From the NCBI GenBank assembly GCA_033442325.1, contig JAWQFM010000027.1, positions 667,945 to 731,944 on the forward strand: DNA of 64,000 nt, written 5' to 3'. Below the pieces are notes generated by a model. The model did not search any database. It saw nothing but the letters and a program-made list of their open reading frames with translations, and had not been told where the DNA came from. Positions 1 through 23,977 of the stretch are shown here, piece after piece; position 1 is the stretch's first letter; the number at the start of each line of letters is the position of its first letter. The position numbers and the translations under genes were made by a program. Source of the DNA: Salpingoeca rosetta (taxonomy: Eukaryota; Protista; Choanoflagellata).

Positions 1-186
<186 letters not shown>

Positions 187-253
187 AGAACAAGGACACG
201 TTCAGCGTGGCTGATACTGCGCTCCCGCAGCTGCATGAGTGCAAAGGCCTCAC

Positions 254-541
254 CTGCGCCCAGCCGTAGTAGATGCCCTGTGTCATGCTCTCCGGGAGGC
301 CCTCCACAACATCCTCGGGAAAGTTGGCTGCAATGCACGCAAGCAGGTCACGCATGTGATGAGATGGGATGACATGACCGACCAGCCACAATCAGCACGC
401 CGCGTCCGTGTGGCCCCGTGAGCACGGTCTCGCACCTGTTGGAATACCGAGCTCCTTGCTCCCACGTCCAAACCCTTTCACCACCTTCCCTTCCAGGGAG
501 GCCATCACTTGTGCTCCTGCTTGTTGGCTATCGTCACCCAT
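254..541 (-). CDS. RFK: Riboflavin kinase, 5' exons (gene continues off the left edge)
   Basis: Exon 541-436 (MGDD...GKVVKGFGRGSKELGIPT) splices GT-AG to exon 327-254 (ANFPEDVVEGLPESMTQGIYYGWAQ), giving the GFGRGS..LGxPTAN and GIYYGWA signatures. Confidence 0.93.
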
Positions 542-695
542 GCTTGCTTGCTTGCTGGCTGGCTGGTCAGTGTTGAGGATGATGATGGAGGATGTTGCAG
601 TCGGATGGAAATGTCGTTTGCGACAGCATATCATGTACTGACAATTAGTGGGAAACATTCACCGATAATCTGCACCAAGCCAAGGACAAACGACG

Positions 696-2564
696 ATGGG
701 TGCGCAGCCGTCACGGGAGGTGCTGTTCCAGCAGTCAGACACAAACATCGAGGTCAGTGACACGCAGTTGTGTGTTCTTGTGTATGCTTGTGCGTGTGTG
801 TACGCGTGGGTGTACGCGTGTGTGTACGTGTGCGTGGGTGTTCTTGTGTTCTTGTGTGTGTGTGTGTGTGCGTGTGGGTGGGTGTACTTGTGTGTGCGTG
901 CGTGTACTTGTGTGTGCGTGCGTGTACTTGTGTGTGCGTGCGTGTACTTGTGTGTGTGTGTGTGCGTGCTTGCGTGCTTGTATGATGTGCATGTGGTTGT
1001 GTGGAGCCATGTGTTACGTGGTTTGACCAATATCATGTGTATGCACGTTCATGCACGTGTACAGGTGACAGAGGGTGTGGTGCGCGACCTAATCCGGCAT
1101 CATCAACTCACAAACAGAAAAGGTTTCGTCCCAGTCACTGCCTTTGCTTCGAGCAGGAATTGGTGTGATTTCGCGGTCATGTGAGTGAGTGTGCGTTTTC
1201 TTTCTCTTTGTCTCACTGTTGCTCGTGTTTTTCACGTCATGTGAATGCCTGGTGATTCCTTCAGGCCCACAGCCTCACGAGGACTTCAAAGGTACGCGCG
1301 CACGTGTGTTGGTGTCTGTGTATATGTGTGTGTGTACGTGTGTGTGCATGTTTGTCTTGTGTGCGTGTGGCCTTGCTTGTTACTGACCAGTTGCTCGTTT
1401 GTTTGCTGTTCGGGCTGCCACAGATGAGGCGGATTTGAGGTTGGCATACACTGAGCTCCATGACAAATACAAGCAGGCCACTGGTGCGCTGCAAGCGGCC
1501 CACAACAAGGTTGGTGTGTGAGACTGCAACCCATCGACACGGGCTTCCATGTGTCCACCACTGTCATCTCAGGTCTTGTGTCGCTCACGCTGGCGCATGT
1601 TTCTCCAACAGGGATTCCAACGTGGCGCGGCCTTGGAACGACGCGACAGGGAACAGGTGGGAGCGAGTGCATGCGTGTGTTCATGTGTGTGTACCTGTCT
1701 TTGTGTGTGTATGTGTGTATGTGTGTGTGTATGTAACAATTTGTGTATGCGTGTGGCTGTATTTGGCTGAGCGAGTCTTGACTTGAAATGTAGAACACAA
1801 GCGTGTCAACTTGAGCCACAGCCTTACGTGTTGCCGATGACGTGTTGAACCTTTGTACGTTTTCCTCCACCCTAGGAGCTCATGAGACTGGATATGCAAT
1901 GGCAGAACAGGGTCGACGAAATCCAACAACACGTGCGTGCGTGCGTGTGTGTGTGCATGTGTGCGTGTGTGCGCGTGTATACATGTGTGTGTGTGTGTGC
2001 GTTCGTGTGTGCGTGTATACATGTGTGTATATGTGTGTATATGTGTGTACATGTGCGTGTATGTGCGTGCTTGTGCGTGCACCTTCCTTGCACCTGTGTA
2101 GCTGCGTTTTGGAGAACGGTACAAGCACCACTTCACGCATACACACATACACACACATATCGTGGGCCCATGCTTGTTCAGCGAGAGGAGAATGCAACAC
2201 AGCAGTTTGAAGGCTTGCTTGCAGACTTTAAGAGCAGATTCAGGTACCTGCGTGTTAACGTGTGTGAACGTGTGTGAACGTGTGTGAACGTGTGTACGTG
2301 CATGCGTGTGTGCTCTTCTATGTGTGTGTGCGTGTAATGCGCAGAAACACGACTAGCGGCCAGACAACATGCACACCGCCATCTCACACGACCCCACCTC
2401 CACCTCCACCTCCACCAGCATGGACGTGTCAGAGCCGCAGTGCCAGGTGCAGGAGGGGGCCGTGCTTGCGTGCTTCAAGAGCAACCCATCGCGCCCGCTC
2501 GACTGCGCTGAGGAGGTCAACCGTTTCCTCGCATGTGCCGAACGCGCGCGCGCTGTGAGTTGGC

Positions 2565-2634
<70 letters not shown>

Positions 2635-2745
2635 CATCCGTGCACAACCCCTCTCTGCTGCAATCCTCACCCTTGCGCGTGCTTGTGTCGTGTGTCTTGG
2701 CGGTGTTGTGTATTGCAGGCATACTTGGGCAACGTCTCACGCTAG
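696..2745 (+). CDS. MIC19: MICOS subunit MIC19/CHCHD3-like protein (multi-exon)
   Basis: N-myristoylation start MGAQPS; coiled-coil exons ([39 protein letters not shown]); C-terminal twin CX9C ([11 protein letters not shown]...[11 protein letters not shown]); last exon AYLGNVSR*. Internal boundaries are approximate. Confidence 0.8.
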
Positions 2746-3072
2746 ACAACTCAACTGAACTTCTGCATGTGTGTGTGCGTGTGCGTGTGTTTGTGCATCT
2801 GCGACCCGTTGTTGGCCGTTTGCGTTGTTCACTTCTTCTTGTTGCGCTTGCGTGTCGTACGAGTTGTCTTCGAGGACCTGACCACGCGCCTCTCGATCTT
2901 TGACCTGCCGAGGGGTGGCAATGTGCGTGCATGCAGGTGTGAGCGAGTGCGTGCGTGTGGTGCCAGCGGAGTGGCTGGAATGAAACAGAAGAAGTTGATA
3001 CAATGAAAGAGTGCACATGTATACACCACTGCAAGACTGTCACTGCCAACAGCACAAATCGGAAACCACTGC

Positions 3073-4337
3073 TCAGAAGAGTTCACGTGTGTGGACGCAC
3101 TGAATCTGCTCGGCGAGCATGAGCCCCTCAATCTCAATTTGGTCCATGCGGTGTAGGCAGGCCGTGCATGCGCTCACAAGCTTTGACTGCGCGTCAATCT
3201 GGGCCTGCAGCGTGGCAATGGACTGCTTCTGCTCCTGCAGATGTGCCATGGCTAGTGGCGCAATGCGTACGTGTGGAAGGGGCAACAACGGCAAAAGGAA
3301 AGGCGTTTGTGTCAGCACGCAGCTGCCGGTGTTGCTGGTGTTGTTTTCTTGTTGAGTGATGGTGAGGCTGAGGTGTCGCTGTTGTATGATAGGGTAGGAT
3401 GTCCAACACAGTCATGCACAGCAACAACTTGAGGTCTGTTCGGTTGCACCAAGCAAACACCCGTTCACTCTTCCAAAGGCCACACCCCTGCAGCCACTTT
3501 AAGGTTTTCATAACACTCACCTCGGTTGTTTTGCAGCTCCTGTGCAAGCACCTGGCGGCGCCCTGCAATTATGTGGCAAGATGGACAGAGACACGATGAT
3601 GAGTGTTTGAGCTGGACCACTGAACATTGGCTGCACTACTGCAAGCACAACACAAAGAAGGCTGGAAGGAAAGGGGACGGATAGAGGCAGCCCAAAGACA
3701 CATCACGCGCGGGACACTTAACAAGGCTGGACAATATGAGGATACTCCTTCTCAACCATGCACACTTGTCGAATGCATTCCCTTGCCTTCTCTTCTCTTC
3801 CCACCAAAATACACAAGTCAAGCACATATGTACACATGTACTGGACCTTACGTTCTTCGATGCGTTGGGCCAGAGACCGCTGCGTGACCTTGAGCCGCTC
3901 CATCTCGCCCTCGAGGCTCTGCCGCTGTTGTGCACCCTGCAAGGACACATCGCTGCTGCTGCCCAGCTGCTGCTGTTGGCGCGAAGAAGCCCGCGAGGCA
4001 TTGACGCCTCCATACATGACAGAGGGTCCTTGGCGAGGAGAGATGAATGAGTTTGGGGGGGGGGGGAGTAGTAGGATTTAAAGACAAGAAGGGGGATAGC
4101 GAGTGCGCAGGGTCACTTGATGGCACCAAAGTCGTACGTGTCTCTTGTGAGCGGGGCGGGGGGGGGGAGCTGATTGATATCCAGGCCTATCCGCCTGGGT
4201 GATAACGAACAAGGGCGTGAGAAGAGAGGAGGGAAGAAGGAAGAGAAGAGAGGGAAGAAAGAGAGAAGAGGAAGATAGGAGCACACGTTGCGTTTGCACG
4301 AAACACGAAACCCTCTTCTTCCTCTTCTGCACATCAT
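3073..4337 (-). CDS. Hypothetical coiled-coil protein (about 5-6 exons; start uncertain)
   Basis: In-phase exons SLEGEMERLKVTQRSLAQRIEE | RRRQVLAQELQNNR | ...AHLQEQKQSIATLQAQIDAQSKLV...RELF* with GT-AG sites. Confidence 0.6.
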
Positions 4338-4352
4338 CTTGTTCGCTGTGGT

Positions 4353-4380
4353 CTTGAATGGTTTGATTTTCCCGCCAAAA
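4353..4380 (-). promoter_or_regulatory. E2F site with adjacent CHR-like motifs
   Basis: Minus strand reads TTTTGGCGGGAAAATCAAACCATTCAAG, 16-43 nt upstream of the candidate ATG at 4337. Confidence 0.5.
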
Positions 4381-5117
4381 TGGCCATAGCAGCAGGTGTG
4401 TGTGTGCGTGTGTGTGTATTTACATTAGTGTGTGTGGAAGTGCGTGCGTGTGTGTATTTAGTGTGCCTGTGCGTGCGTGTGTGTGGAAGTGTGTGTGTGC
4501 GTGTGTGTGAAAGTGAATGAAAGTGTGGGAATGTCTAATCTTGCAGGGAAACGGAAGCGCATTTGGAGAGGCAGCTCAAGTCACAGAACAACCAGCAAGC
4601 AACAGCCAAGCAATGAGGTGCAAAAATGCATGCTCGAACGAAGACAATGGATGAGGCGGGGCAGGGACAAGAAAGGGCCAGGGAGCACACGCGCACAAAA
4701 AAACACCAAATGCAAAAGGGTGAGGTGGAGATGGTTCAATTACAGAGGAGCGACAAGGGGCCAAGTGTTTCGTGGATAGAGAAGGCTTGATGATGGATGG
4801 CAGATGATGGACGTGGGGAAGGTGATGGGTTGCAGATGACAGAGAGGAAAAGAAGAGCAAAACGACGAAACACAAAAAGCAACAGGAACGCGGCGCCGTG
4901 GAGAGGGGAAGACTGTGTGCACACATCACGGTGACCAAGCCACTCTGCAACACACGTGCTCACATCATGAAGTGCATGTCAGCCTGCACATGCACACATG
5001 CACACGCGCACACGCATTCCCAGCGATACCAAGCACACCCATGCGTGCATAATGCACCACACCCACACTCACACTCACACGCGCGCTCACGCACGCATGC
5101 ATGCACACGCCATGCGT

Positions 5118-5907
5118 TTAGGCGAGGAACCAGTAGACGAGAGATGAGCCGAGGCCGGTTGCAATTGGGATGTATGCGACAGCAGTCATGCAGTGGTAGA
5201 TTGGTTTGCGGATCCAGTGGCGATAGCGGATAAACGGAATCAACTGCATCACCTGTCGTGGTGCCGTGCGAGTGCGAGCGTGTTGTGTGCGTGAGTATTC
5301 GTTTGGCTGTGTGTGTGTGTGCATGGCTAACAAAGACGGGCAGACAGAGACAGAGACAGAGAGACGGAGAGACAGGGGGACAAGACAGAGAGACAGCCAA
5401 ACAGGTGGCTGCTACCTTCTGCATGAGGAGGGCTGCGAGGACGGTGGAGGAGACGAGCGTTGTCTGCAGCTGATACTCGGGCCGGATCACGTCAAACAGG
5501 CAGATGAACCGCGACTCGTCTGGGAGAACGCGTTTGTGGTGTATGTGTGTGTGTGTGTGGTGGAGTGTGAGGTAGATGCGTTTGGTTGGAAAATAATGAG
5601 CGACAAGGACACAAGTACACACACGCATGCACACATAGACATACACAGACACACAGGCACACAGACACACACAGACACACACATGCACACATAAACATAC
5701 ACAGATGTACACAGTCATATGTACCTCTATACGTACCGGACTGGTTGAAGGCAGAGTGGCGCTGTGCATCGCAGAACATGAGGATCTTGCCCTCGTGCCA
5801 ACTGCGGGACTCGCCGCCAACCTTTGTCGGAGAGGGAGGAGGCACAGGGGTTGAGGATGACCCAAAACAACAGAAAGCGCTTTGTGGTTCACACTCACTC
5901 ACTCACT

Positions 5908-5949
<42 letters not shown>

Positions 5950-6302
5950 CACACTCATACATACATGCATACATACACACACTCATACATACATGCATAC
6001 AAACACACACACACACAGTTAGACACACAACACGTTGATCGCAAGCGACTCACGGTGAAGCCTGCTGTTGGGAGCTGTGCGGGGATCTTGATGCCAAGGT
6101 GGCAGCGCATGTGTGCATTCGTATCGCCGTTGTGGGGGTTGATCACGCTCTCTGGTTGTGGAAGACGTTGGAGGGTCGCGGTTGGTGTGTGGAAATGGAG
6201 GCAAGAGGAGGGCATGCAGTCGAATTCCAGCAGAACAAGGACCGGGGCCGAGTGAGATCGAGGGAAATGGTCCCAGTTATCGAGGCAGACAGGGGGCACA
6301 CG

Positions 6303-6346
<44 letters not shown>

Positions 6347-7367
6347 CACGCAGACAGACACACACGCACACACACACACGCACACACGCAGACAGATCAC
6401 GCACTGGCTTGGAGTTGGCTGAAGGAGACGCTGATGAGCCCGGGGACGTTCTTGAAGAGGGCCATTGTCTTTGGAAACTCAGCCTGGTTCTTGTGGTTGT
6501 CCACACCCCAGAATTTGAGGCCTGATGGGTTGGTCACGTGTGGCCATAGCAGTTGATGGAGACGAAACACGCGCAGCGCAAAGGGAAATGAGAAGTAGTG
6601 CACACAAAACGGTGCATGAGGGTGAGCAGATGGTGAGTCAGGCACTGATGGGCAGGCAGGCAGCAAGTGTAGGAGGGTAAGCGTAGGTACAGAAGCGTAG
6701 GTACGGAAGCGTAGGTACGGAAGCACACCCAAGCACGCACACACATGCACACACGCACACACACAGTCACACGCACACACACATACACACGTACACAGAC
6801 ACAGACACACACACGCATACACACAGACACAGACACAGACACAGACACAGACACAGACACACACACACACACACGCGATCCCACTGACCGATGACACGCC
6901 AGCATGCTGGGGCAGAGACAAGGTCTGGGTTGAAGTAGGGCTGCAGCGTGTGGTTGTGTCGCTCCAGGTACTCGTACAGCTCATCCCGGACAATCTGTGC
7001 GCGCGGTTGGATGGGACGCATTGTGCATGAGCTGCGCACCACACACGGTGTCATGGGCACGACACGACAGATTGGCATGGAGCAGCGTGTGTCCTCACCG
7101 TCCAGTTGTCCTCAAGAATCTTCACCCAGTCAAACTGCTCCGGCTTGAAGAAGTAGGGATCAATCTGCAGTGCATGCATGCGTGTGTGTGTGAGAGTGTG
7201 CATGATGCACATGTTGGGTGTGCATCATGTATGGGGGAAGCAAACGCACACGCGAGCTTGTGCAATCGAGCCATGTGCAAGCACACACTGCCAGAGGGAG
7301 GGGGGAAGAGACAGGCTCATAGCTGCAGCAAGCACACCCACACCCACACACCCACACCCACACACAC

Positions 7368-7418
<51 letters not shown>

Positions 7419-7582
7419 GACACACACACACATGGACAGTTGGTTACCTCTGGGTTGCAGTGGAAGTCGCCCATGTATCTGCCAAAGGCATACCAGGGAC
7501 GGGGGTGCGGAGGCGAGAAGATGGACACAACCACGTTCAGTGCCTCGGCAAGCGCCGTCGAGAGAGCCACAACACCAGCCAT
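5118..7582 (-). CDS. Aspartyl/asparaginyl beta-hydroxylase family (AspH/LpxO-like) 2OG-Fe(II) dioxygenase, multi-exon
   Basis: Exons FDWVKILEDNW, LQPYFNPDL, LKFWG...SVSFSQL, INPHNGDTNAHMRCHLGIKIP, RSWHEGKILMFCDAQRHSAFN, RFICLFDVIRPE match Asp_Arg_Hydrox family motifs; hydrophobic C-terminus ...LVYWFLA*. Confidence 0.9.
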
Positions 7583-7824
7583 GATGATGGTGACAACGAG
7601 GGAGGATGCGTTTGCGTGTCTTGTGCAGCGAGCGCGTGCGTGAGTTGTGTGTGCGTGAGTTGTGTGTGCGTGGGTCGTGTGTGCGTCGTGGGAACAAGGA
7701 CAACACAGTTGGGGGGAGGTGATGCAAGCGACTTGTCGCTGTTGTCGTGTGAATTTTGCCAGCACAGACAGACACACACACTACTTTGCGATTGATTGGC
7801 AGTTGTGGTGGTTGTGGCGTTGTG

Positions 7825-8199
7825 ATGATGATGCCTGGCGGGCGTGGGCGAGGTCTCCGGCTGCTGGTGTTGCTGCTTGGTGTAGCAGCGGTCTGCGTTC
7901 ATGCCAGTGCACCAGCACCAGCACCAGTACCAGCACCAGCACCAGCACCAGCACCAGCACCAGCAAGCAGCAAGCACAACCATGAGGTGCGTGTGTGTGC
8001 GTGCGTGTGTGTGTGTGTGTTCGGATGGGTCATGTGCTTGATGCGTTGAGCTTCATCTCCTCTCAGTCTCTCCTTCGCTCTCTCTCTCTCTCTCTCGCAC
8101 CTGTTGATCGTCCTCGTGGTCCCAGTACTGCAGCTGTCGCGATGCCAACAGCACCGATGCGTCTCACTGTGTGCCTGTGGCTCACCCCTCCAACACACA

Positions 8200-8256
<57 letters not shown>

Positions 8257-11200
8257 GCACGCGCACGCGCACGCGCACATTGCAGGCTGGCACGTTGTGC
8301 ACGGACGTCGGCATGACTCTGAGGCGTCTCACAACGACGTTGCAAGCATTCGGCGTTCCAGTGACACCATCATCTGAACACCGCTTCCGCTCACGCACGC
8401 AGCAGAGCCAGCACGGCAACTTCACGCCTGCCGCAGCAAGCACTGCGAGGACGACACGTGCCCGTGCCCATGTCGCAATCGACCTATCATCGATCCAACG
8501 CATGATGAGCGCCTTTGGCTGTGCCCCAACGAACGGCCCCAGTGAGGACAAAGGATGGCAGCAGCAGCACCACCACCACAACCAGCAGCAGCCAACGCCA
8601 AGCGCACACAATCAGGAGGCATTTCCACAGACCCCACCTGCACCAGCACATAAAGGGATTGATGGAAACAGCAGTGGCAATAACTTCCACCTCAGCCCTT
8701 CTCGACACCATCAACAACAGCAGCAGCAGCAGCAACAGCAGCACACGCGTGTGCGGCGAAGCGACGAGCCCACCGTGCAGGCGGGCCAGTGCACGCTGGC
8801 GAGCGTGATTGACGGGTCGTGCCCTGGTGCCGACGCTGGGGGCCGACTCACCATCACCTTGGCTGAGGGCGACGCGGTGGACGACAGCACCGATGCAAGC
8901 ACGCTGCACGCCATCTCCCCACCTGTCCATGAGCTGACGGTGATCGGCCACGTTGAAGAAGAGCCCCTGCAATGGCTTGTCAACAGCAACTGGACATTCT
9001 GCACGGTGATCACGGTTGAGGGCGTGCGCTTCCCCACCTTTCGACTGAGCATCCTTAACCCGTTGATGAACATCCACACCGTCACCATCCAGGACAGCGA
9101 GCTGCTCCGCGCTGTTGACGCTCGCAGCTTCCAACACACGGCGGCGCTGGTCACGTTTCGCGTGATCCACTGCTCACTGACATCTGTCCCTGATGTCTCC
9201 GGCATGGCCACGCTGAGGATCCTCAACTTGCAAGGAAACCGCGTTCGCCGCGTGGGCAAGAGCGACCTACAAGGCACGCCGCAGCTGCAGCAGCTGGCCT
9301 TGAGCGAGAATGTCATTTCCAAGGTCGAACTTGGGGCATTGGATGGTCTCAGCCAGCTGCAGACGTTGATCCTCGCTGCAAACAACATCACCAGCACCGC
9401 TGGACTCTTCCGCTCCCTACCCCGCCTCGGCATCCTCCAGCTGGCACAGAATCCAATCACACGGCTTGAAGCTGATGTGTTCCACGCGCTGACTCGACTG
9501 ACCAGTCTCTCTATCGAGTACACGCGCCTGACCAGCTTGCCGCCGACGCTGCTGGCAAAGGCAACTCGCCTCGTCCGCCTCTTCCTGACACACAACTTCA
9601 TCACGTCTCTTCCAGACACCATCTTCTCGAGCCTGTCATCGCTAAATGAGCTGCACCTCTTCAGCAACAGACTCACATCCCTGCCACCGCGCGTATTCAA
9701 AGACTTGACGGCGATGACACGCCTCGACTTGCTGAACAACGACATTTCTGCTCTGCCCGTTGGCATTCTCGACACGTGCACGCGTCTGCTCTTCTTCCAG
9801 TGCAACAGCAACCGCCTCACTGCGCTCCCTCCAAACCTGTTTGCCAACGCCCCCAAACTGCAGCAAATCTCCTTTGCCAACAATGCCATTCGCACCGTCA
9901 ACAACGCCCTTGGGCTCGCCGCCCTCACGGCGCTGCGCCTGATCAACCTGGACCACAACCAGTTGACGGACCTGCACCTTGGAGCAATGCTTCCCAGCGC
10001 TGTGCTGCTGAGTTTGGACAACAACCCAATGCGCGCTGTGCCAGACCTGAGCATGACTCCTGCACTGGAGACGTTTCGCATGAGGAACCATCGCATCACG
10101 CACATCGACCTGGCACCGCTCCTCGCTCTGCCCCGTTTGGGCGTTCTGGAGATTGGCGCTTCCCTGCAGGCACAGGCTAAAGCGGTGTTGCCGGCCAACA
10201 GCAACATTGCCAACGTTGCGCCCCTTTCCACCCTTGGCCTGGAGAATGTGGACATCAGCGCCATCGTTTCGTCACTTGGGCAATTGGCATCGCTGAGCCT
10301 AGATGCCCTGCACGCGGGCTGGCCCGGCGCCACCAGCGACACGCTTCCCATGAGTGCCCTGTGCGCCGTGCTTGCAAGCAACGTGCGGGAGCTCCGTATC
10401 GCCAACACGGACCTCAGCACGATTGACCTGTGCCCTGACAAGGCATTTGACGTGCTTCTTCTCACGGACAACAGGCATCTCGAATCCGTTACGGTTCACG
10501 ACCCACTGCGTGAGCTCAACGTGTCAGGCTGCACTCGATTGACCTCCATCGACGCACCTCCCATCGACATTCTCGACATCAGCAGCACCAACTTGCCGCT
10601 TACGGGTGCACTGTGCACGCGGTGGGGGCGACGTGTTCTCTTCGCCCGCAACTTGGGCGGAGTCGTCGACATTCGCGATGCCATCCTGAGCATGCGCAAC
10701 TGTCTTGAGCATGTGGACGTGTTGGATTTCTCGGGCAACGCGTGGGTCAGCGACGTGGACGAGATGAACCGCATCACAGAGCGAACAATTGCGCTGTCGA
10801 CGAGCGAATTTGCAACTGCGGACTTTGGTGAGATTGCCAATCGGCCCATGCCTCCGATTCTCCAGCTGACGGATGCCCCCATTGAATGCGCGCTTGAACT
10901 GTCAAATCAGGACTTGCGGCCATTGCGCAATCCGATTGTTGTCTCTGCGGAGCTGGTGTTTTCGTTTCATTGCACGTGCGCCCGTGGCTTTCGGATGACG
11001 TCGGGTGGGCGGTGCGTGTTCAACGAGCCCAACATCTCCACGATTGTTGCCGCGTCTGTCATATCTGGCCTGGCATTTGGCCTGCTCATGGCGTGGCTGT
11101 CACGCCGCTACCGTGGGCTCACCAAGCGCATCGGCCTACAGGAGCAGCTGCTGGTGGAGAGGGACGAGGAGGTGATGGCGCTGAAGAAGGCGTGGGAGAT

Positions 11201-12317
11201 TGAGTACGATGAGCTGAGGCTTGTTGAGCGTGTGGCTGCAGGTGCGTTTGGCGTGGTGTTCAAGGCAGAGTGGGACACAGTCACAGTGGCAGTGAAGGTG
11301 CTGCAGCAAAGTGTGATGATGTTTGACGAGAGCACGGTGCAGGAGTTTGAGAAGGAGGTGGAGTTCCTGCAGCGGACACGGCACCCGAATGTGGTGCGGT
11401 TCTTTGGCGCGGGCACAGACCCCAACGGCAGCCCGTTCCTGGTGCTGGAGTTTGTGGCCATGGGGTCGCTCAAGGACTTGTTGGGCAAGGACATGGAGGA
11501 AGTGTTGATGGAAGTGAGGAGCAGGAAGGTCGAGGAAAGCAGCAACGGCAGTGTCAGGGATGATGTGAATCGTGTGTGGGAACTGAAGCTGCGACTGCTG
11601 CGGGATGTTGCCAGTGGCATGGCCTTCATCCACAGTCTGGACCAGATGCACCGGTGCGTTTGTGTGTGTGTGTGTGTGTGTGTGTAGGTGTGCGTGTGTG
11701 TTGCGTATGTTGTGTGTGTTTGTGTTTGTGTGTGTGCGCGTGTGCGCGCATGTGTGTGTGTGCGTGTTTGTGTGTGTTTGCATGCATGCAGGCACGTGCT
11801 CTCGCTCATCGCCCATCCTAGCCTCATCCCTCTCATCAACACCACCCAAACAGAGACCTGAAGAGCGGAAACGTGCTGGTGTCATCGTCGCTTCGCGCCA
11901 AGATTACGGATTTCGGATCCATTCGCCAGTGCTTCACGCGTGGTGGCAGGGCCCACGGCAGCCGCTACACTCGCCTCTCCTCCAGCCATGATGTTGATGA
12001 CCCCCAATACTCGCAGCAGGCTGGGCTGCAGACAATGACGAGCATGACGCTGACGGCTGGTGTGGGCACACCGCTGTACATGGCACCAGAAGCATTGACG
12101 GGCGACAAGTACAGCTTCGAGGCCGACATCTTCAGCTTTGGCGTGCTGATGTGGGAGGTGGCAACGCAGCGTGTGCCGGACTTGCTCGAACAAGAGAAGG
12201 GGAGCGACTTTCGCGGTCCCATGCTGGCGACGCTCAGCAACTTGCTGCAGGATGGGAAACGCTTGCGATTTGATGACAGCGAACAAGATGGTGAGAAGCT
12301 TCTGGTGTGTGCGTGTG

Positions 12318-12353
<36 letters not shown>

Positions 12354-12569
12354 TGCATGTGTGCGCGTTTAGATTGCGAGACCACGTGTCTATCTCTCTC
12401 TCTCTCTCTCTCTCTCCGTCTCTGTCTCACACACAAAAACACGCATACCACCACACACTTTCCGATAGCCATCCCCGAGTGGTTCCAGTCGCTGACGTAC
12501 AAGTGCATGGCGCAGAACCCGCGTGCGCGCCCGTCGTTTGGGGAGCTCAAGGACCACCACTTTGCATAG
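7825..12569 (+). CDS. LRR transmembrane receptor kinase, TKL group (copy 1); exons 7825-7986, 8286-11653, 11854-12290, 12469-12569
   Basis: Signal peptide (LRLLVLLLGVAAVCVHA), typical 24-aa LRRs, TM helix (IVAASVISGLAFGLLMAWL), kinase motifs AAGAFG, VAVK, HR|DLKSGN (split by an intron), [12 protein letters not shown]. All splices are in phase. Confidence 0.93.
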
Positions 12570-12936
12570 GAACCGTGTTTGTGGGGCTTGTTGTGATCAC
12601 GTCTTGCTATTGTGTGTGTGTGTGCATGTGTGTGTGTGTGTGTGTGTGTGTGCATGCGCGCGTGCGTGCGTGTATGTGCGAATGTCTTAGATTCGTTTGT
12701 GTTTTGTCTTAGCATGTCCGCGGATGTACCGTTTTGTTTGTTCATCGACTCTTTCGTGATAGGTCCAAGCGATGTGATACGAGACAGTCATAAAGGGAAC
12801 ATGAAGGACCCCTTGCCTGAAAGCACAGCGAGTCACACACACACACAGACACACACACACACACAGACAGACACACAGACACACAGACACACAGACACAC
12901 ACACACACACACACACATACATGCCAAGCGCGGCTT

Positions 12937-13100
12937 CTATTGCTTCTTTGCGTACTTCTTAACGTGCTTGTCGTAATCGCGTTTGGTGAGTTCATACCCC
13001 CAATGCAACAGCGTCTGACGCACGACGGGGCTCACGCGCGTGTCGTCAAATCTCCCCGATGCGCGCATGATCTTGTTGCACAGATTGATGCGCCACCGCC
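12937..13100 (-). pseudogene. Orphan terminal exon of a conserved uncharacterised protein (GRWR...SPVVRQTLLHWGYEL family)
   Basis: CAG acceptor at 13103-13101, then GRWRINLCNKIMRASGRFDDTRVSPVVRQTLLHWGYELTKRDYDKHVKKYAKKQ*. The expected upstream exons were not found. Confidence 0.65.
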
Positions 13101-13124
13101 CTGTCGATGTGTGTGTGTGTGTTT

Positions 13125-13190
<66 letters not shown>

Positions 13191-13359
13191 ACATGCACGC
13201 GCGCTCACTCTCTCTCTCGAATGTCAACCAACCATCTGTTACATGACATGGCCACATCGCCCACTGCGTCTTTGCGTCTCATGTGTACTCCACCTCAAAC
13301 GCACGCCATGTCGTCAACGCGACACAAACGAAACAAGCATCAGCAGGCACGCAAACGCA

Positions 13360-23977
<10,618 letters not shown>

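Noticed and set aside
8711-10471. 586-aa antisense ORF and similar shadows over INO80 and SERBP1
   Set aside because: Antisense shadows of GC-rich coding sequence with no motifs.
10880-11020. Receptor EGF-like stalk as substrate of the neighbouring AspH-like enzyme
   Set aside because: It lacks the C-x-[DN]-x4-[FY]-x-C hydroxylation consensus.
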